A stretch of 64,000 nucleotides of DNA from an uncultured Gemmatimonadales bacterium (GTDB lineage: Bacteria; Gemmatimonadota; Gemmatimonadetes; Gemmatimonadales; Gemmatimonadaceae), in NCBI GenBank assembly GCA_963793305.1, contig CAWBZV010000005.1, positions 256,001 to 320,000 on the forward strand. Direction: 5' to 3'. Below the pieces are notes generated by a model. It had not been told where the DNA came from. It saw only the letters and a program-made list of their open reading frames with translations, and searched no databases. Both the position numbers and the translations under genes were made by a program. Shown here in pieces: positions 10,670 to 23,077 of this stretch (its first letter is position 1; every line of letters starts with the position of its first letter).

Positions 10670-11623
10670 GTGCATCGCGTCGTTCGCCTTTTGTTCGGTA
10701 CGGCATTCGCCGCGAGCATAGCCAAGGCGGCGCCCTCGGTGCCGTCCGATACGCTCGTCGACTCGAGCGCCAAGGTGGACACTGCGCGGACCGTGCTGGC
10801 GTCCTTTGTGGGCCGCAGCGGCAAGCTAAGGGCGCATTTCGTCACCGAAGCCCGCCGCGCGCTGGAAATCCCGATCATTCGCCAACTCTTCGGCGGCGAC
10901 TCGGCACTGACGCTGCCGGGCGTCTACGCGGTCCCTGACAATTCGTTCGCGTTCATCACGATGCTCCCGTTCACGAGCAAGACCAAGGGCCGCATCGGCG
11001 ACTATCGCGTCGGCTTCTGGCCAGCCGAACGCCACCGGAAGCGCTCGTCGCTCGAGGCGTACGAGAACCCGGACGGGTTCATCATGGTCACGCCCGAGAA
11101 CGCCGACACGCCGATCTCCGAGCACTTCACGTTGCGCGACTTCCTGACGCACGATCAACAGGATGTCTGGCCGAAGTACATGGTCTTGCGCGAAGAGCTC
11201 GTCGACAAGCTGGAACTGATCATCGACGACATGGAAGCCCACGGCCACCCGGTGAACAGGCTTGTGGTCATGTCCGGATTCCGCACACCGGAGTACAATA
11301 TTCAGGGTGTGGGGCGTCGCGGTGGCCGCGCGCTCGACAGCCGGCACCAGTTCGGCGATGCCGCCGATATCTACGTCGACAACGGAGACGGGCAGATGGC
11401 CGACTTGAACGGCGACGGCCGGGTCGACACGCACGACGTGCGCGTGCTGCTCGAATCCGCCGAGCGAGTCGAGGCCGAGCACCCGGAGCTCGTGGGCGGT
11501 GAGGGGATCTATCGGGCGAATCGCCAGCACGGACCTTTCTTGCACGTAGACGTACGCGGCTGGCCGGCGCGCTGGGCTCTCATCGAGCCCCCACGCCGAA
11601 AAGCACGGAGACACACGGCGTGA
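10670..11623 (+). CDS. Exported peptidase M15-family (Zn D-Ala-D-Ala peptidase fold) protein
   Basis: SEHFTLRDF, SGFRTP.YN, SRHQFGDAAD, FLHVDVRG. Confidence 0.85.
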   Translation: MHRVVRLLFGTAFAASIAKAAPSVPSDTLVDSSAKVDTARTVLASFVGRSGKLRAHFVTEARRALEIPIIRQLFGGDSALTLPGVYAVPDNSFAFITMLPFTSKTKGRIGDYRVGFWPAERHRKRSSLEAYENPDGFIMVTPENADTPISEHFTLRDFLTHDQQDVWPKYMVLREELVDKLELIIDDMEAHGHPVNRLVVMSGFRTPEYNIQGVGRRGGRALDSRHQFGDAADIYVDNGDGQMADLNGDGRVDTHDVRVLLESAERVEAEHPELVGGEGIYRANRQHGPFLHVDVRGWPARWALIEPPRRKARRHTA

Positions 11624-11924
11624 ATGAGCTGTTGCGCGAGCGAATCCTTCGGAATCTCGACGCGCTGAGTGACGACCGGCTGTACCAGGTGCTCGACTAC
11701 GTCGAGTTCCTGAGCTCGAAGTACGCGGAACGCCAGAATCCGCCCCCAAATATCTTCTCGCGCTTCGCGGAAACCGTCGAAGACCAGCTGCGCGCCGGCC
11801 GCGTCTCGACGGCCGCGATCGGCGATGCCATGAACCTCATGAATCGGGCCATGGGCGTGCTGAGCGGCGTGGCCGCCGCTGGCAAGTCTGTTGCAACGGA
11901 TCTCGTGAAAGGAGGGGATAACCC

Positions 11925-11928
<4 letters not shown>
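11620..11928 (+). CDS. Small conserved-type hypothetical protein (DUF2281-like N-terminus)
   Basis: L..LSDDRLYQVLDYVEFL..KY pattern; 4-bp overlaps on both sides. Confidence 0.65.
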
Positions 11929-13930
<2,002 letters not shown>

Positions 13931-13947
13931 CCCACCAGGAGAACGGC

Positions 13948-15426
13948 ATGGCCCTCGGGTCAACGAAAAGCATCGCGATGCTGCAGGCGGAAGCTGCCGA
14001 CGAAGGCAGCCACAGTCTCAAACGCGTCCTGACGGTCTACAACCTCACGTTCTTAGGTATCGGCGCGATTATCGGCGCCGGTATCTTCGTCCTCACGGGA
14101 CACGCCGCGGCGGAGAACGCGGGGAACGCGGTGGTCCTGTCGTTTGGCCTTGCCTTCTTCGGTTGCTTGTTCGCCGGCCTCTGCTACGCGGAGTTCGCGT
14201 CGGTCGTGCCCATCGCGGGGAGTGCCTACACGTACGCCTATGCAACGCTCGGCGAGTTCATGGCCTTCTTCATCGGCTGGAATCTGGTGTTGGAGTACAT
14301 GTTCGGCGCGGCGACGGTCGGCGTGGGTTGGGCGGGCTACTTCTCCGATTTCATGGCCAAGATGGGCATCGTTCTGCCGAAGGCCTTTTCGCAGGCTCCG
14401 GTCGCGTGGAGCGAGACCTTGCACCGGCTCGTGGCTGTCCCCGGGGGCATCATCAACCTGCCCGCGTTCCTGCTCGTCATACTGATGACCGTCGTGCTCG
14501 TGATCGGCATCAAGGAGTCGGCACGATTCAATAACTTCGTCGTGTTCATCAAGCTCGCGATCGTGCTGATCGTGATCGGCGTCGGCTTCTTCTTCGTCAA
14601 TGTGGCGAATTGGCACCCGTTCATCGCGCCGAGCTCCGGTACGTTCGGCAAGTTCGGCTTGAGTGGCGTGGTGCGAGGGGCCGCGGTCGTATTCTTTGCG
14701 TATATCGGATTCGATGCCGTCTCGACGGCTGCTCAAGAGGCGAAGAATCCCCAGCGCGACCTTCCGATCGCCATGCTGGGCTCGCTGGTCATCTGCACGG
14801 TGCTGTACGTGCTCATGTCCCTCGTCCTCACCGGGCTCGCGCCGTACAACCAGCTCGACGTCCCGCACCCGGTCGCCTACGCGCTGAGTCACATCCCGCA
14901 ACTCGGCTGGTTGGAGATCTTCGTCGACATCGGCGCGATCGCGGGCCTCGCGTCCGTCGTACTCGTCATGCTCCTGGGCCAGTCGCGCGTGTTCTTCTCC
15001 ATGTCCCGCGACGGCCTCCTGCCGCCGGCGTTGAGCCGGGTGCACCCGAAGTTCCGCACGCCGTACGTGACCACCATTCTGAGCGGTACGGTCGCCGCGG
15101 TCATCGCCGCCATCTTCCCGATCGACATCCTCGGTGAGTTGGTTTCGATCGGAACACTGTGCGCGTTCACGATTGTCTGCGCGGGTGTGATCGTCCTGCG
15201 GGTAAAGCGCCCGGACCTGCATCGGCCGTTCAAGACGCCGTTCGTCCCGTACGTGCCGCTCCTGGGGATCGGGAGCTGCCTCGGCCTCATGGCGTTCCTG
15301 CCGCGCGCGACGTGGATCCGCTTGATCGTCTGGATGCTGGTCGGGTTCGTCGTGTATTTCGCCTATGGCCGCTATCATTCCAAGTTGGCCACTGAACGCG
15401 AACCCAGCCTGGCACCCGCCGACTGA
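13948..15426 (+). CDS. Amino acid permease (APC family, cationic amino acid transporter-like)
   Basis: GIGAIIGAGIF, GSAYTYAY, FAYIGFDAVST; about 12 TM segments. Confidence 0.93.
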   Translation: MALGSTKSIAMLQAEAADEGSHSLKRVLTVYNLTFLGIGAIIGAGIFVLTGHAAAENAGNAVVLSFGLAFFGCLFAGLCYAEFASVVPIAGSAYTYAYATLGEFMAFFIGWNLVLEYMFGAATVGVGWAGYFSDFMAKMGIVLPKAFSQAPVAWSETLHRLVAVPGGIINLPAFLLVILMTVVLVIGIKESARFNNFVVFIKLAIVLIVIGVGFFFVNVANWHPFIAPSSGTFGKFGLSGVVRGAAVVFFAYIGFDAVSTAAQEAKNPQRDLPIAMLGSLVICTVLYVLMSLVLTGLAPYNQLDVPHPVAYALSHIPQLGWLEIFVDIGAIAGLASVVLVMLLGQSRVFFSMSRDGLLPPALSRVHPKFRTPYVTTILSGTVAAVIAAIFPIDILGELVSIGTLCAFTIVCAGVIVLRVKRPDLHRPFKTPFVPYVPLLGIGSCLGLMAFLPRATWIRLIVWMLVGFVVYFAYGRYHSKLATEREPSLAPAD

Positions 15427-16484
15427 CCGACCTCCTCGCTGTACCCGCCCGCCGGGCGGCCGCCGCCCGCCGGCTCGCCACCGAGCTGGTAACGGGACGT
15501 ACAGTCGCACTCTCGACCCACATCAACGCCGACGGCGATGGATGTGGGTCGGAGGTCGCGCTCGCCCATTTGTTAACCGCCTTGGGGCTCAAGGTTTTCA
15601 TCGTGAACCCGACCCCGTGGCCCTCGGCCTTTGATTTTCTGCTCGGCCAAGTCGAAGACCGCTCTGCCGACGGCGCATCGGCGCTCGCGCGCGCGGACGT
15701 CATCCTGGTCGTCGATATCGGCGATGTGCGGCGTCTGGGGACGCTGACCGATACAGTCCGGGCGTCACGCGTGCCAAAACTCGTGATCGATCACCACGAG
15801 GCGGGCGATGAGCCACCCGGCCCGATCCAAATGATCGACACGACTGCCTGTGCGACTGGAGAGCTCGTCTACGATCTGGCCGTCACGCTCGGGCTGCCGA
15901 TCGACACGGCCACAGCGACAGCGCTGTACACCGCGATTTTGACTGACACCGGGGGCTTCCGGTTCAGCAACACCACTCCGCGATGTCACGCCATTGCCGG
16001 GCAGTTGCTGGCGGCCGGCGTCGACCCGGAAGACATGTACCGGCGCGTGTATGCGTCGGTACCGCTCGGGCGGTTGCAACTGCTGCGCGATGCGCTCGAG
16101 ACGCTCGAGGTCGACCCGGAATATGCCATCGCGTGGATCTCGGTCCCCGCTGGTGCAGTCGAACGCTACGCACTTCGCTCTGAAGACCTTGACGGCATAG
16201 TCGAGCATCCGCGTTCGATCGCTGGAACGCGGATGGCGCTCTTCTTCCGCGACCTCGGTCACGGGAAAATCAAAGTCTCTTTCCGCTCGACGGGCAACGT
16301 CGACGTGAATCGCTTCGCCCGCGCGTTCGGGGGCGGAGGGCACGCGAAAGCGGCTGGCGCCCTCATCTCAGGGACCCTTGAGGAGGTGCGCTCGCGCGTT
16401 GTCGAGGCCGCGCGGGCCTTTGTGCAGCCATTGGGCCTCGCACCGCACAACGGCGTCCCTGCAGACGACTCGCTCGCGCTGTAA
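15423..16484 (+). CDS. nrnA: DHH/DHHA1 oligoribonuclease / pAp phosphatase
   Basis: THINADGDG (upstream of the called ORF, so start inferred at CTG 15423), IDHH, TDTGGFRFSNT, GGGGHAKAAG. Confidence 0.88.
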   Translation: MTDLLAVPARRAAAARRLATELVTGRTVALSTHINADGDGCGSEVALAHLLTALGLKVFIVNPTPWPSAFDFLLGQVEDRSADGASALARADVILVVDIGDVRRLGTLTDTVRASRVPKLVIDHHEAGDEPPGPIQMIDTTACATGELVYDLAVTLGLPIDTATATALYTAILTDTGGFRFSNTTPRCHAIAGQLLAAGVDPEDMYRRVYASVPLGRLQLLRDALETLEVDPEYAIAWISVPAGAVERYALRSEDLDGIVEHPRSIAGTRMALFFRDLGHGKIKVSFRSTGNVDVNRFARAFGGGGHAKAAGALISGTLEEVRSRVVEAARAFVQPLGLAPHNGVPADDSLAL

Positions 16485-16493
16485 CTTTCGTCC

Positions 16494-16751
16494 ATGGCGC
16501 GAGCCGAGCATATCGAAATCCGCATTCGTCAGGTGATCACCGCGCTGAGGCCGTTGCTGCGACTCGAGCCCGCGGCTGGTTGTATCGAGCTCGTGCGATT
16601 CGACGCCGAGTCCGGTGTGGTCAGCGTCCGCGTGTCCGGTGGGTGTCCGGATTGCGACATGTCGGCCACCGCCCTCATTGCTGGCATCGAGGCGCACCTC
16701 ATGCAGCGCGTCCCCGAGATTCGCGCGGTCCAAGCGGTCGGCTCGACATGA
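16494..16751 (+). CDS. NifU C-terminal domain protein
   Basis: LRPLL...IELV...V.V.GGCPDC.MS...GIE..L...VPEI. Confidence 0.85.
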   Translation: MARAEHIEIRIRQVITALRPLLRLEPAAGCIELVRFDAESGVVSVRVSGGCPDCDMSATALIAGIEAHLMQRVPEIRAVQAVGST

Positions 16752-17845
16752 GCGACAACCTGCAGGACCTCGTGCGCGCCGCGCTCTCTCGCGTCCGCAA
16801 CGCGCGCCTCGGCGTGAACGTGCTCGACGCCGAGATGATCCGCGACATCGCGATCGCCCCGGGCGGCCGCATTCGGTTGACGCTCCTCCTGACGCCCGAG
16901 GACGACGCGACGCTGGTGCGCAATGTGTACGCCGCGGTCGCGGCGGTCGAGGGCATCACCGATGTCCGCGTGGACCCGAAAGACGCCTCATCGACGCCGC
17001 CCCCAACGTCCCGTCGCATGCTGCCGGTCTTCGACGCCGCGCCGAAGACGCCGGCGCGCCCCGCGGCCCCGACGCCGACCGCGTATCCGAATTTGGGCCG
17101 CGTGATCGCGGTGTCGAGCGGCAAGGGCGGCGTTGGCAAATCGACGGTTGCCGTCAACCTCGCGGTCGCCCTGAGCAAATCCGGCGCTCGCGTCGGGTTG
17201 ATGGACGCCGACATCTACGGACCAAACGTCCCGCGGATGCTCGGCGTCAGCGCACCGCCGCCGGTTATCGACCAGCGCATCATCCCGCTGGTGGCGCATG
17301 GGATCAAGGCCATCAGCCTGGGGCTCCTCATCCCGCGCGATCAACCGGCGATCTGGCGCGGGCCGATCGTCATGAAGGTCATCGGCCAGTTCCTGAAGGA
17401 CGTCGACTGGGGTCAGCTCGACTTCTTGATCGTCGACATGCCACCGGGCACCGGCGACGCCCAGCTGTCGCTCGTGCAGTCGACGCACGTGCACGGCGCG
17501 ATCATCGTCACGACGCCCCAGGCGGTGGCCACCGGTGACGCGCTCCGCGGGGTGAAGATGTTCGAGCGCGTGAACGTGCCCGTGCTCGGCATTGTCGAAA
17601 ACATGAGCTACTTCGAGTGCCCGCACTGTGGGAAGCCCTCGGCGATCTTCGGCGAGGGTGGCGGCGAGCGGCTGGCGACCGAGGTGGGTCTCCCGGTCCT
17701 CGCTCGCATCCCGCTCGACCCACGCGTCGTTGCGGGCGGCGACACGGGCGCCCCCATCGTCGTCACGGCCCCCGAGTCGGGCGCCGCCGTCGCGCTGACT
17801 GCCCTCGCCGCCCGCGTCACCGACGCCGTAGCCGTGCCCGCATGA
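16748..17845 (+). CDS. mrp: Mrp/ApbC (NBP35) Fe-S carrier ATPase
   Basis: SGKGGVGKST, DADIYGP, WRGP, DMPPGTGD, ENMS..CPHC. Confidence 0.95.
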   Translation: MSDNLQDLVRAALSRVRNARLGVNVLDAEMIRDIAIAPGGRIRLTLLLTPEDDATLVRNVYAAVAAVEGITDVRVDPKDASSTPPPTSRRMLPVFDAAPKTPARPAAPTPTAYPNLGRVIAVSSGKGGVGKSTVAVNLAVALSKSGARVGLMDADIYGPNVPRMLGVSAPPPVIDQRIIPLVAHGIKAISLGLLIPRDQPAIWRGPIVMKVIGQFLKDVDWGQLDFLIVDMPPGTGDAQLSLVQSTHVHGAIIVTTPQAVATGDALRGVKMFERVNVPVLGIVENMSYFECPHCGKPSAIFGEGGGERLATEVGLPVLARIPLDPRVVAGGDTGAPIVVTAPESGAAVALTALAARVTDAVAVPA

Positions 17846-19221
17846 GCGAAGGGGCGCTGCCCGTCGATGTTTATGACGGCGCGGCGCCAGTAGCACCAGG
17901 CGGACCGTCTCTCGTCCACGATCCGATCACGCGCGTCGTCTGGCGCGTCGGCGTCCCGGCGGTCGCGTCGAACCTCCTGATGATCGTCTTCAGCGTGGTC
18001 GATGCGTTCTGGGTCGGCCGACGCCTCGGCGCGGTCGCGCTCGCCGCCGTCACGACGTCGCTCTTCTGGATCTGGCTCTTCATCTCGATCGCCGAGATGA
18101 TCGGCGTCGGCCTGACGGCGCTCGCCGCGCGCCGGCACGGTGAGGGGCGCCCGGCGGAGGCAGCGCTCGCGGTCGGCGATGCGCTCCAATACGCGCTGGT
18201 GCTTGGCGTTGCCATCGCCGTCCTGGGAACCATCGCGCTCCCGGCGCTGTTCGCCGCGATGCACACACCAGCGGAAGTGACGGCGCTTGGCAGGATCTAC
18301 CTTGGCACGTACCTGCTCGGCGCACCGGGCATCTTCTGCTACTTCGCGGTCGATGCGGCATTTCGCGCGCAGGGTGATACGCGTACGCCATTGCTGCTGC
18401 TGGCGTCGTCGGTCGCGATCACCCTCGTGCTCGACCCCGTGCTGATCCTGGGGTTGGCCGGTGCACCCAAGCTCGGCCTCATGGGCGCCGCGATCGCCAC
18501 GGTCTCGGTTCGCGGCGCCGCCTGTGTCGCCGGCGCCGTGCTGCTCGCGCGCCGCAAAATGGTGCGCTTCGGAGGTGTCCACCCTCGTGTCGTCGCCACG
18601 ATCTCCAGTATCGGTGCGCCGACCGCGCTGACCGGTGTCCTGTTCAGCCTGATCTATGTCGTCGTGACGAGGACGGCCAGTCAGTTCGGGACGCCCGCCC
18701 TCGCGGCGATGGGTCTCGGGTTTCGGGTCGAGAGCTGGGTCTACGTCATTGGCGTCGGCTTCGGAGCCGCGGCTGCGGCGATCGTAGGCCAGAATCTCGG
18801 CGCGGGCGACCCCGTGCGCGCGGAGCGCGCCGGATGGATCACGGTCGCGTTCGCGACGGCGCCCGCGTCGATCGCCGTCGCCGCCGAGTTGCTGTTCCCG
18901 ACGCAACTCGCGGGCATATTTACTCGCGAGTCCGCCGTGATCACGGAGACCGCGCACTATCTCCGCATTGCCGCGCTCTCGCAGCTCTGCGTCGGCGCCG
19001 AGGTGGTGTTCGAGGGCGCGATGGGCGGCGCGGGCGACACGGTGCCGCCGATGGTGTGGTCGACGAGCTGCACGGCAGCCCGTGTGCCCCTGGCGTCGTG
19101 GGCCGCGGCCCGCTGGGGAACGGGCGGCATCTGGGTCGTTATTTCCGCCACCGCCGCGCTCCGCGGGCTCGGCATGGCGGTGCTGTGGAGTTTAGGCTGG
19201 TGGAAAAAGCGCCGGGTATGA
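17842..19221 (+). CDS. MATE family efflux transporter
   Basis: VD.FWVG.LG..ALAA, GDTRTP, LDPVLI.G, GQNLGAG; 12 TM. Confidence 0.92.
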   Translation: MSEGALPVDVYDGAAPVAPGGPSLVHDPITRVVWRVGVPAVASNLLMIVFSVVDAFWVGRRLGAVALAAVTTSLFWIWLFISIAEMIGVGLTALAARRHGEGRPAEAALAVGDALQYALVLGVAIAVLGTIALPALFAAMHTPAEVTALGRIYLGTYLLGAPGIFCYFAVDAAFRAQGDTRTPLLLLASSVAITLVLDPVLILGLAGAPKLGLMGAAIATVSVRGAACVAGAVLLARRKMVRFGGVHPRVVATISSIGAPTALTGVLFSLIYVVVTRTASQFGTPALAAMGLGFRVESWVYVIGVGFGAAAAAIVGQNLGAGDPVRAERAGWITVAFATAPASIAVAAELLFPTQLAGIFTRESAVITETAHYLRIAALSQLCVGAEVVFEGAMGGAGDTVPPMVWSTSCTAARVPLASWAAARWGTGGIWVVISATAALRGLGMAVLWSLGWWKKRRV

Positions 19222-19979
19222 TCGTCACCCTGCTGACCGATTTCGGGACGGCCGACGGCTATGTCGGCGAAATGAAAGGTGTGCTGGCAGCCTTGGCGCC
19301 GGACGCGGAGCTGGTCGACATCACACACGATATCTCGCCCCAGGATATTGAGGGCGGCCGGCTCGCGCTCGCGCGATACTGGCAGCGTTTTCCAACGGGC
19401 ACGGTGCATCTCGCGGTCGTCGACCCCGGCGTGGGTGGATCTCGCGCCGCGCTCGCCGTCAGCGCCGCCGGACGCTATCTCGTGGGACCCGACAATGGCC
19501 TTCTCTCGCCTGCGCTCCTCATGCCCAGCGCGCGAGTGGTCGAGCTCCCGATTCCCCCAGGCGCATCAGCCACGTTCCATGGACGCGACGTATTCGCCCC
19601 CGCGGCTGCACGATTGGCACTCGGCGCGACCATCGAGACCCTGGGGCAGCAACCGGCGATCGAGCCCATGATTCGCCGAACGCCCGAGCCGAAGCGCGGC
19701 GTCGACGGTGGGCTGCACGGGATCGTGATGACGATCGACCGGTTCGGCAACGCGATCACGAATCTCGTGGGGCTGCGCGGCGGGTCGATCACGGTCGGAG
19801 ACCGGACCCTACCCGTCGTGCGATCCTACATCGATGTGCCTGCCGGCGCGGTGACGGCGGTGTGCGGGTCGAGCGGATTGGTCGAGATCGCCGAGCGCGA
19901 TGGGAACGCGGCGCGCTCGCTCCAGCTTACGCGCGGAGCGAGCGTCGTCTACTGGCCGCCCGCGCCAGCGAGCTTGTGA
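19218..19979 (+). CDS. SAM hydroxide adenosyltransferase / chlorinase-fluorinase family (DUF62)
   Basis: TLLTDFG..D.YV, VVDPGVG, GPDNG, TFHGRDVF, IDRFGN.ITN. Confidence 0.93.
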   Translation: MIVTLLTDFGTADGYVGEMKGVLAALAPDAELVDITHDISPQDIEGGRLALARYWQRFPTGTVHLAVVDPGVGGSRAALAVSAAGRYLVGPDNGLLSPALLMPSARVVELPIPPGASATFHGRDVFAPAAARLALGATIETLGQQPAIEPMIRRTPEPKRGVDGGLHGIVMTIDRFGNAITNLVGLRGGSITVGDRTLPVVRSYIDVPAGAVTAVCGSSGLVEIAERDGNAARSLQLTRGASVVYWPPAPASL

Positions 19980-20980
19980 TCGACCGTGATCTCGCCTAGC
20001 GTCGCGCTGCCCACGAGGTGCAGCGTGAACCGCGGCGCCGGCGTGGTATCGCTGACCTTCACGATGGTCACGTCTTTCGTCTTGACGATGACCGGCTTTG
20101 CGCCTTTCATCGCGGCCTTCGCGCTCGCTTTGGCGACCGCGGCGTCGGTCGCGCGCGCGACGGCGTTGTCAACCGAGCTGTCGTCGTCGCTCGTATCCGC
20201 CGCGTCCTCGTCGTCCGAGGTATCCCGAGCCGGGGCCGCCGCCCGCTCGTGACCCGTCCGTTCGTGACCGCCATCGACGGCGCCCAGTAGGGCCTTGACG
20301 TTCTGCTCCACGCGCACGTCGTCAGGCACGTGGATCGTGAGCGAGCCCAAGCCGACCTTGGCGTCGAGCGTGATGTCGCCGGTCCACGTGCCGTCAAAGT
20401 AGAGATCCCAGTCGCCGATGCCGGCGCGGAGCATGATATGGTCGGCGTTCGCGTTCGCGAGCCCCGTCGCCTTGAATCCCGCGGCGCCGACGGTGAGATC
20501 CATCGAGCGCATGTGGATGGTGTTCGGCGACGAGAACGCGAGGGTCGCATCGGTCGCGCCGGTCTTGAACTTCAGCTGCTGCACGGCGAGACCGCCCAGG
20601 TCGATCTTGACGTCCGCGGCCGCGATTTCCGTCGTGAGGTCGAGCGGGACGCCGCGCGCGAGCCCGATATGGAGCTCGTTCTGGTCGACGTCGCCCCCGG
20701 GCATGGTGAAGTTCTGAGACTTGATCCCTAAGTGGACCGAGTGGCTGGCGGCGTCGTACGTCGCGACCGGCGCGGTCCGTCCCGTGGGATAGCGCAGGTG
20801 CATCTCGTACAAGTCCGGGCCCGTCGCCGGTCCGAGCGTAAACGTGCCGGCGCCGTAGGTGATACTCACGTTGAGCGGAGCCGGGTCGCGCAACTGTCGC
20901 GTGACATCGAGCGTCCGCCATTCCTGCGCGCTGGCGCTACTCCACGCGAGCGCGACGGCGAGAAGTGTCAGTCTCATCAT
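19949..20980 (-). CDS. Exported hypothetical protein, LiaF/'toast-rack'-like beta-repeat domain
   Basis: Signal peptide (ASAQ); repeated beta-strand-Gly units, KVGLGSLTIHVP; acidic low-complexity insert. Confidence 0.6.
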   Translation of the reverse strand: MMRLTLLAVALAWSSASAQEWRTLDVTRQLRDPAPLNVSITYGAGTFTLGPATGPDLYEMHLRYPTGRTAPVATYDAASHSVHLGIKSQNFTMPGGDVDQNELHIGLARGVPLDLTTEIAAADVKIDLGGLAVQQLKFKTGATDATLAFSSPNTIHMRSMDLTVGAAGFKATGLANANADHIMLRAGIGDWDLYFDGTWTGDITLDAKVGLGSLTIHVPDDVRVEQNVKALLGAVDGGHERTGHERAAAPARDTSDDEDAADTSDDDSSVDNAVARATDAAVAKASAKAAMKGAKPVIVKTKDVTIVKVSDTTPAPRFTLHLVGSATLGEITVDHKLAGAGGQ

Positions 20981-22476
20981 GATGACGGCGTCTGCGAAGG
21001 CGGTGGGGTCGGCCGACGAGCGGCTGCGACGCCGCCCACCGGCGTCGGTGTCTGCCATGCCATGCCTGGCAGCGACGAAGCACCCGCGGTTCTCATCTCG
21101 CCGCGCGCGGCTTTGCGTGCGTCGTACCGCGTGGCGATAACCGAACCGAATCCCGAGGCCAGCGCGATGAACGTGACGGCGCTGGCGATGACGTGCAGGA
21201 GCGCGCCGGCGACCGGGATCCAGCCCGCGGCGGCGGCGATCACCCAGAGTCCCATATAGATCGCAATGCCGGTCACCACGGCGCGCAACCGTGCGCCGCG
21301 GTCCGTCAACGCATGCGCCCGCTTCCGGAAGAACGCCTGCCCGGTCGTCTCGGCGACGGCGGTGAATCCGAGCACCGCGACGCCGAGCACGAGCAAGACG
21401 TAGGCAATGGCGGCGAGCGGCGCGACGACGATCCCGATGATCGTGATGCAGAGCAGCACGATCATGATCACACCCACCGGAATCACGGCGAGAAGCCCAA
21501 TGATGCCGAACAGCAGCGAGCGGCCGAACTGCTCGGAGAGCGAGAGCGACGCCGCGTCCAGGCGGTCACCGGCGAATGTGAGGACGCCGATGCCCATGAC
21601 GAGCGCGAGACACAGCCAGGCGATGGACAACTCGAGCGAGCGCCACGGTGACCGGCCGGCTCTTGGCGCAGCGGCGATCGGAGACATCGGACCGATCGCT
21701 TCCGGGAGTGAGCGGATCTCGCCGTCGACCTCGCCGCCCGGCATGACCACGACGTTCCCGTGCGCGGCGAACGCGTTGCCCGTGATGTGTCCCGACGGAT
21801 GGACGTGAATGTCGCCATCCACGCTGACCACGTCGCCCTCGACGAGCCCGCTCACTTCAATCGGGCCATCGACGGTGGCGACGACTTGGTCCAACTTGGC
21901 GGTCGAATCCACGGACCGCATGCCGACGCTGAACGCGCTGGTAGCGGGAATCGAGATCGAGGCCGGATCACGCCGCGCGCGGTCGATCTCCCTGCGCATG
22001 GCATCGGTCATGGAACTCCCGGGTGGCGCCATCATCGGCGGCATGGGCGGGATCGGCGGTACTGGCGGCACCGGCATGCCGTGGGGACCAGCGAACCGGC
22101 GATGGTGCCGGTCCATGGCGCGGTGCAGGGCGTCCTGGAATTGCTGGCGTGCTTCGGCTGCGTGGGGATCGTGGTGGACGCTGTATTGGATGTAGCGCTT
22201 CATGGCGGCCTTGACCTCGGGGTCGCGCATGACATCGGGATCGTTGTTGATCGCGTCTTGCATGGACGAGTCGCCGAATGCCTGGCTCATTGCCTGGCCC
22301 AGGGATTCGCCCCACCGGCCCATTTGCTCGCCGTATTTCTGGCCCCACTGTCCCATCCGCTCGCCCCATGCGGCCATGGAGTCGGCGTTAGTCGGCGGCG
22401 GTGGCGGGGCAGGCGGTTGCGCTGTGGCGACCGCGGCAAGCCCTAAGAACGTCAGTCCGGCAACGAGTATGCGCAT
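20977..22476 (-). CDS. Membrane protein with bactofilin-like beta-helix and C-terminal TM bundle
   Basis: Signal peptide; Pro/Met-rich linker; V.G.VEGDVV..DGDI.V...G.ITGN...G.V.GEI; five or more TMs. Confidence 0.65.
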   Translation of the reverse strand: MRILVAGLTFLGLAAVATAQPPAPPPPPTNADSMAAWGERMGQWGQKYGEQMGRWGESLGQAMSQAFGDSSMQDAINNDPDVMRDPEVKAAMKRYIQYSVHHDPHAAEARQQFQDALHRAMDRHHRRFAGPHGMPVPPVPPIPPMPPMMAPPGSSMTDAMRREIDRARRDPASISIPATSAFSVGMRSVDSTAKLDQVVATVDGPIEVSGLVEGDVVSVDGDIHVHPSGHITGNAFAAHGNVVVMPGGEVDGEIRSLPEAIGPMSPIAAAPRAGRSPWRSLELSIAWLCLALVMGIGVLTFAGDRLDAASLSLSEQFGRSLLFGIIGLLAVIPVGVIMIVLLCITIIGIVVAPLAAIAYVLLVLGVAVLGFTAVAETTGQAFFRKRAHALTDRGARLRAVVTGIAIYMGLWVIAAAAGWIPVAGALLHVIASAVTFIALASGFGSVIATRYDARKAARGEMRTAGASSLPGMAWQTPTPVGGVAAARRPTPPPSQTPSS

Positions 22477-22477
22477 T

Positions 22478-23077
22478 CTAAGCGCGCCTCCGCCGCGACA
22501 CAGCCGCGGCACGAAGAGCAAATGCTGCCGCCAAAAAGACGACAATATAGAGACTTATTGACGCCACTATAACAGCAGTAGCGTTACCACCAAGGGCTTG
22601 GGTAGCGGAGCGGCCCAAGAGGGCCTGCACAACCGCAGCGCCGGTCGTTGCCAGGCCCCGGACCAGCGTCGTCCGGACCAGGCCGGCAAAGAACAGGGTG
22701 GCGTCCGCGTGGCCTGCGAGCCACACAGTGGCCACTGTCACCAGGGTGGCCAATGACAAGGCCGCCCCACCCAGGGCCAGCCGGACGGGCTGGGAACGGG
22801 GCGCTAGGGGCCGAATCAAGCCCACGACGCTGTCACGGGCGGCAACATGCCAGGGTTCGTATATCTGGACCTGGGCCATGACCCGGGACGTAAAGTCCGG
22901 GGACGGGGCCAAGCGCGGCAAATGTTCCAGGGCCTCGACCACCTCACGCTCCTCCTCGAACGCCGCGCGGCACTGGTCGCACTCGCCCAGATGCGCCTGG
23001 AGGGGGGCAACGCCAAAGCCGACCTCTCCGTCCAGGAGCTGGTCGATTTCGTCGGGGAGAAGGTGGCGGTGATTCAT
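22478..23077 (-). CDS. Zinc-finger (zf-HC2) membrane anti-sigma factor
   Basis: HL..C..C (HLGECDQC) followed by TMs; directly after the ECF sigma gene. Confidence 0.85.
   Translation of the reverse strand: MNHRHLLPDEIDQLLDGEVGFGVAPLQAHLGECDQCRAAFEEEREVVEALEHLPRLAPSPDFTSRVMAQVQIYEPWHVAARDSVVGLIRPLAPRSQPVRLALGGAALSLATLVTVATVWLAGHADATLFFAGLVRTTLVRGLATTGAAVVQALLGRSATQALGGNATAVIVASISLYIVVFLAAAFALRAAAVSRRRRA

Noticed and set aside
19218..19979. Halogenase (fluorinase/chlorinase) natural-product locus with MATE exporter
   Set aside because: DUF62 proteins with the FHGRD motif are commonly SAM hydrolases, and no biosynthetic genes are nearby
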